Below, piece after piece: positions 56,512 to 64,000 of a DNA stretch of 64,000 bases. Origin of the DNA: Prolixibacteraceae bacterium (GTDB lineage: Bacteria; Bacteroidota; Bacteroidia; Bacteroidales; Prolixibacteraceae); the NCBI GenBank assembly GCA_963677405.1, contig OY781961.1:2253123-2317122 (forward strand), read 5' to 3'. Below the pieces are notes generated by a model. It was not told where the DNA came from, did not search any database, and was given only the letters and a program-made list of their open reading frames with translations. The stretch's first letter is position 1, and every line of letters starts with the position of its first letter. Position numbers and translations under genes: made by a program.

Positions 56512-57048
56512 ATGAATAGAAAACAAAACTGGACGAAAATATTATTGCCAATAATTTCACTTGTAACACTTTTTGCAAGCTGTGTTTCAACAACAAAAAC
56601 AAAAAATATGAAAGACAACAAAAATCAAACAGACAACTCTACTTCACCTGTTGATACAACACCAAAGGTGACAGGAATTGGAGGTATTTTCTTTTATTCA
56701 GAAAATCCGCAGGTAACAAAAGAATGGTATACCAAAAATTTAGGGCTTGAAATCAATGAATGGGGTTCGTCGAGTTTTGAATCCAGAGACATTAATAAAC
56801 CTGACGAGATTAACTCTCTTCAATGGAGTCCTTTCAAAAAAGGAGATGAATATTTTTCCCCGTCTAAAAAGGAATTTATGATTAATTACCGGGTTCAGAA
56901 TATAGAGGGACTTGTGAACAAACTCAAAGAAAACGGAGTAACCATACTTGACAGCATTGCGACCTACGACTATGGGAAATTTGTACATATAATGGACACA
57001 GAAGGCAACAAGATAGAACTATGGGAACCTGTTGACCGCAAAGAGTAA
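56512..57048 (+). CDS. VOC/glyoxalase family protein with lipoprotein-like N-terminus
   Basis: KVTGIGGIFF, WYTKNLG, FMINYRV, YGKFVHIMDTEGNKIELWEP; ATG 56512 gives LVTLFASC (alternative start at MKDNK). Confidence 0.88.
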   Translation: MNRKQNWTKILLPIISLVTLFASCVSTTKTKNMKDNKNQTDNSTSPVDTTPKVTGIGGIFFYSENPQVTKEWYTKNLGLEINEWGSSSFESRDINKPDEINSLQWSPFKKGDEYFSPSKKEFMINYRVQNIEGLVNKLKENGVTILDSIATYDYGKFVHIMDTEGNKIELWEPVDRKE

Positions 57049-57228
57049 ATTCCACATTGCCGGAATGCCACGACAACGACTAAAAGTCCGACGACGTTGC
57101 GTCTCAACTCACAAATATCATATTAACTCATTCAAATTATTGAAAAGAATTCTATTTGGATTGTTTTAGTTGCAATAAATATATTTTGAATTATAATGTA
57201 TTTTTATTGTTTTTCAATAAATATAAAT

Positions 57229-57236
57229 TATATTTG
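57229..57236 (+). promoter_or_regulatory. Bacteroidota promoter (-7 TATATTTG; -33 TTG at 57207-09)
   Basis: Exact -7 match with TTG 19 nt upstream; supports a start at 57261. Confidence 0.7.
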
Positions 57237-57260
57237 CGGCATAACTTTAACTTTAAAAAT

Positions 57261-57797
57261 ATGTCACAAAAAAACAACTTCGTATTTAAAGGCCTGCACA
57301 TTGTTGCCTGGATTATCTTCGTTGGCTTGTGCATTGAAGCAGGAGGTTTGATTGTCAATTTTATTTTCAGTTTGTACAAACCTGAATTTGTCCAAAACTT
57401 ATATCAAAAGTTGGACTTAAGTCAAATGTATAATCTTAACAAATGGGTATTTTTCAGTATGTATAGTTTTATACTGTTCATTTCTATTTTGAAGGCATGC
57501 CTATTCTACGTTGTCATTATGCTTTTAAACAAACTTAATTTGTCAAAACCATTCGACACCTATGTTGCCGGTCAGATTAAAAACATTAGTTACTACACGC
57601 TATCCATAGGACTCATAAGTTACCTAGGGCAACAAACAGCCAAAAGTATACAGCATTATGGATTTGAAATCGACATGCTAAACCAGTTTTGGGCTGACAG
57701 TCAGGCTTATATTTTAATGGCAGCTGTAATCTATGTTATTGCGACTATTTTTTCAAGAGGAGTTGAAATTCAAAACGAAAACGACCTAACCGTATAA
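57261..57797 (+). CDS. DUF2975 membrane protein
   Basis: Four TM helices; C-terminal IFSRGVEIQNENDLTV directly before an XRE gene. Confidence 0.9.
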   Translation: MSQKNNFVFKGLHIVAWIIFVGLCIEAGGLIVNFIFSLYKPEFVQNLYQKLDLSQMYNLNKWVFFSMYSFILFISILKACLFYVVIMLLNKLNLSKPFDTYVAGQIKNISYYTLSIGLISYLGQQTAKSIQHYGFEIDMLNQFWADSQAYILMAAVIYVIATIFSRGVEIQNENDLTV

Positions 57798-57800
57798 GCC

Positions 57801-58031
57801 ATGCCTATAATTGTGAACTTAGATGTAATGATGGCAAAGCGGAAAATGTCGTTAAACGAACTTTCCGAAAAAGTGGAATTGACGCTATCGAATCTTTCCA
57901 TTTTAAAAACCGGAAAAGCAAAAGCAATCCGTTTTAGCACCTTAGAAGCTATATGTGTTGCTTTAGAGTGTCAGCCTGGCGACATTCTGGAATATGCAAA
58001 TGATGAAGATATAAGAACAACCAACCGCTAA
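57801..58031 (+). CDS. XRE/Cro-C1 HTH regulator (YozG-like)
   Basis: MPIIVNLDVMMAKRKMSLNELSEKV..T.SNLSILKTGKAKAIRFSTLEAIC..L.CQPGDIL. Confidence 0.95.
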   Translation: MPIIVNLDVMMAKRKMSLNELSEKVELTLSNLSILKTGKAKAIRFSTLEAICVALECQPGDILEYANDEDIRTTNR

Positions 58032-58141
58032 CTTCAAGCTGCCGTCTTGCTTTCCGCTATAGTTGACAGGTATTGATTTATTGCCTGAAAGTTAAGGTGG
58101 GAGTGTGGTGTTTCTTTAAATTCGTCCTCGTGCCTCTGTGG

Positions 58142-59785
58142 CTAATTGTACAAAAAACGTTTAATCTTTTGAGTGGCAGTCTTTTCAAAAGGTTCGGGTT
58201 GAATGGTCACCAACTGCACCTGGGAAAACTTATTTACGTTTTCGTTAATGTAGATTTGTAATTCTTTCAAGACCTCGTTCATCTTTTGTTCAGCCTGTTG
58301 AGAACCCTTTTCAATCAGTTCCGAATATTTGGCTTGCAGTTCTTCCATGTTCAAATGTACGAGAGCCACCAATCTTCCTTTCTGATGAACAACCAGCGAT
58401 TCAAGCACATCAGGGAATTCATTAATGACCGACTCAATTTCTTCAGGATAAATGTTTTCGCCACTTGCCCCAATGATGATATTTTTCAACCGGCCTCGAA
58501 TATGCAAATACCCATCCTGGTCGAACGCGCCCAAATCGCCGGTTTTAAACCAGCCATCGGGAGTTAAAACCTCGTCAGTTAATCCAGGCTCTTTATAATA
58601 ACCTTTCATCACATTGGCTCCCCGGGCCCATATTTCGCCTTCACCAGTTTTCTGATCCGGATTGTTAATTTTCAATTCAACGCCGGTTATTGCGGGACCG
58701 GTCGATTGGAGACGGAAAGCATATGTTTTCATCCCGGCCAAAAGCGGTGCCGTTTCGGTTAATCCGTAACCAATACTGTACGGAAAATTGGCTTCAATCA
58801 GAAATTGTTCGACTTTTCGGTCGAGCTTGGCACCGCCAATACCGAAGAATTCAATCTTTCCACCAAAAGTCTCCATTAACTTTTTACCCGCTAATTTGTT
58901 CAGCGTCTTCCTGATAAAAGGCACTTTGTACAACTGGCGAACCGTCCATTTTTTTGTAAAAGCCGGAAGAATCCGATTCCGGTAAATCTTTTCAATGATC
59001 AGCGGAACGGCGAATATCATAGTGGGCTTTACTTCAAGTAATGCTGGAAGTAAAACCGATGGAATTGGTTGTTTGCCAAGATAATAAACAGAAGATCCGC
59101 AAAGCATAGGCATCACAAAACCCAGGGAGTTTTCGTAGGTGTGCGACAATGGAAGAATCGAAAGAAAGCGATCATTTTCATTCACCGGCCTGACGCACAA
59201 AGCCTGTTCTGCGGTAATCGAAATATTTTTATGGCTCAGCATTACACCTTTCGGATTGCCTGTTGTACCTGAAGTATAAATGATAGCAGCCAAATCATCT
59301 TCCCGAATATCATACAAATTGGAAGGTTTCTGATTCAACTGATAAACTGGCACTTTATTATCCGTTTTGGTAACCGTGAAATCCTCTATCCGAATCTGGC
59401 GAATCGTTGTATTCGCTTTCAACTGATCTAGTTTTATCGCCAGCTTTTCTGAAACAAAGATGGCTTTTGTTTCAGAATGGTTGATGATATTTTCAATTTC
59501 AGAAACCGTAAAATCGGGTAGAAGCGGTACCGCAACAGCTCCCATAAAAGTAATGGCAAAATAAGCAATTCCCCAATTGGGCATATTGGTACTTAAAATC
59601 GCAACTTTATCACCGGATTGCAAACCCAGATCTTCAAGCAGCCTGATCAGTGCTTCGATTCTCTGATTTAATTCGGTATAGGTATATGGCTTTTCACTCA
59701 CCAAAGAAAGAGAAGGCCTGGCTCCGAATTTTGCAACAATTTGCTTAAACCGCGCCGGAAGCGTATAACTGATCGTATTGTTCAT
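58142..59785 (-). CDS. Long-chain fatty acid-CoA ligase (AMP-binding)
   Basis: IIYTSGTTGNPKGV, GYGLTET, GWFKTGDLG, GENIYPEEIE; start reassigned to 59785. Confidence 0.93.
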   Translation of the reverse strand: MNNTISYTLPARFKQIVAKFGARPSLSLVSEKPYTYTELNQRIEALIRLLEDLGLQSGDKVAILSTNMPNWGIAYFAITFMGAVAVPLLPDFTVSEIENIINHSETKAIFVSEKLAIKLDQLKANTTIRQIRIEDFTVTKTDNKVPVYQLNQKPSNLYDIREDDLAAIIYTSGTTGNPKGVMLSHKNISITAEQALCVRPVNENDRFLSILPLSHTYENSLGFVMPMLCGSSVYYLGKQPIPSVLLPALLEVKPTMIFAVPLIIEKIYRNRILPAFTKKWTVRQLYKVPFIRKTLNKLAGKKLMETFGGKIEFFGIGGAKLDRKVEQFLIEANFPYSIGYGLTETAPLLAGMKTYAFRLQSTGPAITGVELKINNPDQKTGEGEIWARGANVMKGYYKEPGLTDEVLTPDGWFKTGDLGAFDQDGYLHIRGRLKNIIIGASGENIYPEEIESVINEFPDVLESLVVHQKGRLVALVHLNMEELQAKYSELIEKGSQQAEQKMNEVLKELQIYINENVNKFSQVQLVTIQPEPFEKTATQKIKRFLYN

Positions 59786-59829
59786 TACTGATTGTTTAAG
59801 AGTGTTAAAAATACAACATTTATTGTAGG

Positions 59830-62205
59830 GTGAAACAGACATACAACGGAATAACCCTATATTTAAAACCTATTTCTAAATCTATGGTTTTTTCGCGCGT
59901 CTTATCTGTTTTTGGTTTTGTTGTTCTTTGCTTTGGAGCATTTTCGCAACAAAATTATACGGTAAGCGGAACGATTTCTGATGCTTCGAATGGCGAGGAC
60001 CTGATTGGCGCCATTGTTACCATTCAAAACACAAACTATGCTACGGTTTGTAACTCATATGGTTTCTATTCCATATCCATTCCTGAAGGCGATTACACCA
60101 TTAATGTCAGGCAAATGGGTTATGCCAATAAGCATGTCCCTTTGAAACTTCACTCCAGTCAACTTATTAATTTCAAGATGAATGCGATAAGTTACGAGCT
60201 TGACGATGTAGAAGTGAGTGGACAACGTGGCGACCGGAACGTTTCTTCGCTGGAAATGGGAAATGTAAAGATTAATCCGAAGCAAATTGAGAATATTCCG
60301 GTACTTTTTGGCGAGCGCGACCTGATAAAAACCATGCAGTTAATGCCCGGAGTGAAACAGGCTGGTGAAGGAAATACAGGCTTTTATGTACGTGGCGGCG
60401 GATTAGATCAAAACCTGATTCTGCTCGACGAAGCTCCGGTTTACAATGCTTCTCACTTGTTGGGCTTTTTCTCTGTCTTCAATTCGGAAGCCATTCGCGA
60501 TGCCAATCTACTCAAAGGATCAATTCCGGCGGAATATGGTGGTCGTGCTTCATCGGTATTGGATATCCGGATGAAGGAAGGAAACATGAAAGAATATGAA
60601 ACTACCGGAAATGTAGGATTGATTGCTTCGAACCTGAGTTTTGAAGGGCCGATAAAAGAAGATGTGAGCTCGTTTATGGTGAGTGCCCGCCGCACCTATG
60701 CCGACTTGTTCCTGCAATTCGCACCCGATAAAGACATTCGTGATGCCAGGTTGTATTTCTACGACATCAATATGAAAACCAACTTTAAACTGAATCCGTC
60801 GAGCCGGTTATTTATTTCAGGATATTTCGGTCGCGACAAGTTTCGCATTCCGGATCAATTTGGATTTGACTGGGGAAGCAAAACGGCAACCGTTCGGCTC
60901 AATCATACGTTTAGCGAAAAACTATTTTCGAACAGTTCTTTTGTTTTCAGCAATTATTCGTACCAGATTGATCTTTCAGGAGATAAGGATGTTGTTATGG
61001 GATCTCACATTCAGGATTTTAACCTGAAGCAGGATTTTAGCTGGTATCCAAATACCCGAAATACACTAAAATTTGGCATTAACCTGATTGCCCATAAAAT
61101 AGTCCCGGGCGAGATCGATGCGTCGCCAACCAGTATTTACAATTCGCTGGCAGTGAGACCTCGCAGGGCATTTGAGAATTCAGTGTATATTTCAAACAGT
61201 CAGCAGTTATCCGGGCGGTTGCAGGTTTATTATGGTTTACGGTTGGCTTTGTTCTCGAATGTTGGGCCAGGTGATTTTTACCAGTTCGATGCAAATGGGA
61301 ATCTTTTGCAATTGATTAGCTATGATCATTTTAAATGGGTAAGAACACAAGGCGGACCAGAACCTCGGCTGGCAATCAATTACCAGTTGAGCCAACAGGC
61401 GGCTGTTAAAGCTTCGTATAACCGCATCTACCAGTTTATTCATTTGCTTTCCAATTCAACGTCGTCGACACCAACCGATGTTTGGCTGCCAAGCAGCGAT
61501 AACGTAAAACCACAACTGTCCGATCAGTGGTCGGTGGGATATTTCAGGAATATGAAACAGAATATGTTCGAATCATCCATCGAAGTTTATTACAAAAATC
61601 TGCAAAACCAGATTGATTACAGAAATGGGGCCGACCTGGTTTTTAATTCGACCGTTGAAGCCGAATTGGTTTATGGACGTGGCTGGGCTTATGGCGCCGA
61701 ATTTTTATTCAGGAAGAATTATGGAAAGCTGACAGGCTGGCTGGGCTACACCTGGTCGAAAACGATGCAGCAGTTCGACCAGATCAACGACGGGAATCCT
61801 TTTCCTGCAAGGCAGGATAGACGTCATGATATCTCCATCGTTGCGATGTATAATTTGAGCCGGAAACTAAATTTTTCGGCGACTTGGGTTTACAATACCG
61901 GAAATGCTGTAACTTTCCCAAATGGTAAATACACCATCGACGGAAAAACGATAGGGTATTACACTCAACGCAACGGATATCGGATGCCCGATTATCACCG
62001 GCTCGATTTGGGTGTAACCTGGATCAGAAGACAGACAGCACGTTTTGAATCGAGCTGGAACTTTTCGGTTTATAATGCTTATGGTCGCGAAAACGCTTAT
62101 TTTATCTCTTTCAGGCAAAATAAAGATAATCCTGACCAAACCGAAGCTGTCCAGATTTCATTGTTTAAGTTCATTCCATCAGTAAGTTATAAATTTAAAT
62201 TCTAA
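59830..62205 (+). CDS. TonB-dependent receptor
   Basis: N-terminal CarboxypepD-like domain (GEDLIGA..NSYGFYSI), plug (LMPGV..GFYVRGG..DQNLILLD), beta-barrel ending in F; start possibly 59884. Confidence 0.93.
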   Translation: MKQTYNGITLYLKPISKSMVFSRVLSVFGFVVLCFGAFSQQNYTVSGTISDASNGEDLIGAIVTIQNTNYATVCNSYGFYSISIPEGDYTINVRQMGYANKHVPLKLHSSQLINFKMNAISYELDDVEVSGQRGDRNVSSLEMGNVKINPKQIENIPVLFGERDLIKTMQLMPGVKQAGEGNTGFYVRGGGLDQNLILLDEAPVYNASHLLGFFSVFNSEAIRDANLLKGSIPAEYGGRASSVLDIRMKEGNMKEYETTGNVGLIASNLSFEGPIKEDVSSFMVSARRTYADLFLQFAPDKDIRDARLYFYDINMKTNFKLNPSSRLFISGYFGRDKFRIPDQFGFDWGSKTATVRLNHTFSEKLFSNSSFVFSNYSYQIDLSGDKDVVMGSHIQDFNLKQDFSWYPNTRNTLKFGINLIAHKIVPGEIDASPTSIYNSLAVRPRRAFENSVYISNSQQLSGRLQVYYGLRLALFSNVGPGDFYQFDANGNLLQLISYDHFKWVRTQGGPEPRLAINYQLSQQAAVKASYNRIYQFIHLLSNSTSSTPTDVWLPSSDNVKPQLSDQWSVGYFRNMKQNMFESSIEVYYKNLQNQIDYRNGADLVFNSTVEAELVYGRGWAYGAEFLFRKNYGKLTGWLGYTWSKTMQQFDQINDGNPFPARQDRRHDISIVAMYNLSRKLNFSATWVYNTGNAVTFPNGKYTIDGKTIGYYTQRNGYRMPDYHRLDLGVTWIRRQTARFESSWNFSVYNAYGRENAYFISFRQNKDNPDQTEAVQISLFKFIPSVSYKFKF

Positions 62206-62211
62206 ATCTAT

Positions 62212-63030
62212 TTGAATAAGTTTCTTTCTATATCGATCCTGTTATTGGCCAGTCTTGCATTTTCATCGTGTGAAAAGGTGATTGAGATTGATTTGGCCGA
62301 TTCAAAATCCATTATTGTGATTGAAGCCACCATAACGAGCAATAAAGGGCCTTTCACTGTGTTGGTTTCGAAGACTTCGCCCTATTTTGGTGCATCATCA
62401 TCCAATTCGGTATCGGGCGCAGTAGTGAGCGTAAGAGTTGAAAATGGAAAACCAAGGTATTTTAAAGAATCGTCGCCGGGCGTTTATAAATTAGAAAAGA
62501 CTGTTGCACTTACAAATTACTGGTATATTGTTGATGTCGAATATGAAGGAATTACCTATTCAGCACATTCATATCTACATGAAATGGTACCAATTGCTGA
62601 CATTAGTTTAACTTATTTCGATGGCTTTGGGTTTTTCGATAGCGGTTATAAAGTAAATTGCTTTGTACGCGATCCGGCCGAAGTTGATAATTACTACCGA
62701 ATGAAAATCTATGTGAATGGAAACGCTGGTACCAACGAAGGAGAAATCAACCTGTATTCGGATAAGCTTTTTGATGGCAAGCTAATTGGACTCGTTCAGC
62801 ATTCTGCTGTTTTTAAGGAAACTGATAGTATAACAGTTGAACTTCAGTCGATTGACAAAGCTACTTACGATTATTTTTCGACACTCGGGAATATCTCCGG
62901 AATAGAAATAATTCAATCTGCTTCACCTGCCAACCCAATTAGTAATTTCAACAATGGAGCACTAGGTTATTTTTCGGCCTATTCTTTCGACCGTAAACCC
63001 ATTGTTGTAAAGGACTATGTCAATAATTAA
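62212..63030 (+). CDS. DUF4249 lipoprotein (TBDR partner)
   Basis: TTG start, lipobox AFSSC then EKVIEIDL; C-terminal PANPISNFNNGALGYFSA. Confidence 0.88.
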   Translation: MNKFLSISILLLASLAFSSCEKVIEIDLADSKSIIVIEATITSNKGPFTVLVSKTSPYFGASSSNSVSGAVVSVRVENGKPRYFKESSPGVYKLEKTVALTNYWYIVDVEYEGITYSAHSYLHEMVPIADISLTYFDGFGFFDSGYKVNCFVRDPAEVDNYYRMKIYVNGNAGTNEGEINLYSDKLFDGKLIGLVQHSAVFKETDSITVELQSIDKATYDYFSTLGNISGIEIIQSASPANPISNFNNGALGYFSAYSFDRKPIVVKDYVNN

Positions 63031-63127
63031 CCTGTAATTTTCAGTACACGATTGAGAGGAATAATCGTCGAATTTTGTAAAACTGCTTTTTTTGAATTCC
63101 TTTATACATCATTTAAAACCTGAAACT

Positions 63128-64000
63128 TTGAAAATAGTAGTATTGGATGGATTTGCCATGAATCCTGGCGACCTCTCATGGAATAGTCTAAATGAATTAG
63201 GCGAATGTGTAATTTTCGACCGAACCAAGCCTGAAGAAGTTTTCGAAAAAGCCTATGGTGCCGATGCCTTAATTACAAACAAAGTCATCATTAATAAAGC
63301 ATTAATGGCTAAGCTGCCTTCATTGAAATATATTGGTGTTACGGCTACAGGGTACAATGTTGTTGATGTTCAGGCTGCTGCAGAGCAAAATATTGTGGTA
63401 ACCAACATTCCGGCATACAGCACCAATTCGGTTGCTCAATTGGTTTTTTCACATATCCTGAATGTGGCCAATCGGGTTGAACTCCATGCCAATTCAGTAA
63501 GAAACGGAGATTGGATCAGCAGTGCTGATTTCTCCTATTCAAAAAGTCCGCAAATCGAACTTGCAGGGAAAACGCTTGGAATAGTTGGATTTGGCCGCAT
63601 TGGCCGTAAAGTAGCTGAGATTGGGCTTGCATTCGGGATGAAGGTTATCTTCCAAAATCGTTCAGAAAAAACTAATTTGCCATCCGGAATAATTCAGAAA
63701 AATCTAGATGAAGTTTTTGCTGAAAGTGATTTTGTGAGCTTAAATTGTCCGCTAACTGCTGACAACCTAGAATTTGTGAACCGGAATTTACTGACGACAA
63801 TGAAACCAACTGCAGTTCTAATTAATACCGGAAGGGGCGGGTTAATCAACGAGCAGGATTTGGCTGATGCACTCAATGCCGGTCAGCTATCAGCGGCATG
63901 TCTCGATGTGCTTTCAACAGAACCTCCACTGCCTGATAATCCGTTGATTCCGTTGCAAAATTGTTTTATTACACCGCACATTGCCTGGGCAACATTTGAA
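63128..64000 (+). CDS. D-2-hydroxyacid dehydrogenase (glycerate dehydrogenase/HprA-like), runs off the window; not in the ORF track
   Basis: Hand translation from TTG 63128: MKIVVLDGFAMNPGDLSW...TATGYNVVD...LAGKTLGIVGFGRIG...INTGRGGL...DVLSTEPP...ITPHIAWA. Confidence 0.93.
   Translation, partial: MKIVVLDGFAMNPGDLSWNSLNELGECVIFDRTKPEEVFEKAYGADALITNKVIINKALMAKLPSLKYIGVTATGYNVVDVQAAAEQNIVVTNIPAYSTNSVAQLVFSHILNVANRVELHANSVRNGDWISSADFSYSKSPQIELAGKTLGIVGFGRIGRKVAEIGLAFGMKVIFQNRSEKTNLPSGIIQKNLDEVFAESDFVSLNCPLTADNLEFVNRNLLTTMKPTAVLINTGRGGLINEQDLADALNAGQLSAACLDVLSTEPPLPDNPLIPLQNCFITPHIAWATFE

Noticed and set aside
41332-58143. CTCTGTGTTCTCTGTGG (41332) and CTCGTGCCTCTGTGG (~58126) short similar motifs
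   Set aside because: Too short and degenerate to define an element from two instances.
1325-63876. Numerous 60-180 aa ORFs antisense to or nested in long genes (e.g. 37655-38296, 52895-53434, 63694-63876)
   Set aside because: Shadow frames of well-supported genes, with no motifs of their own.

Overview
Bacteroidota DNA: TAnnTTTG promoters and the gene set suggest a Prolixibacteraceae/Marinilabiliales-like organism (inference). (1) 1-29 kb, almost all on the minus strand, is a complete Afp/PVC-type extracellular contractile injection system (eCIS). It has an AAA+ ATPase, DUF4255 cap, sheath, two tubes, LysM, VgrG-like spike, PAAR, gp25, two baseplate proteins, a short fibre and a 1323-aa tape measure. 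Following it are a membrane-anchored GH18-like protein lacking its catalytic motif and two candidate cargo genes that share a 46-aa N-terminal leader (a DUF4157 protein and an ADP-ribosyltransferase-like toxin). Next come two tandem pentameric ligand-gated ion channel (pLGIC) genes. One is fused to a Cache sensor domain; the other runs off the window edge and is missing from the ORF track. (2) 29.7-48.6 kb is mostly housekeeping (trhO, dus, msrB, TerC, LTA-synthase-like, fumarase, etc.) with REP-like hairpin clusters. (3) 48.9-58 kb is a co-oriented accessory string with degenerate attC-like remnants. It contains an apparently intact IS110 element whose upstream non-coding region carries a readable bridge RNA, with four guide segments matching the element ends and the palindromic target. 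(4) 58-64 kb holds an acyl-CoA ligase, a TonB-dependent receptor/DUF4249 pair and a partial 2-hydroxyacid dehydrogenase. No tRNA, rRNA or CRISPR array was recognised. All family calls are by motif recognition; no database search was run.
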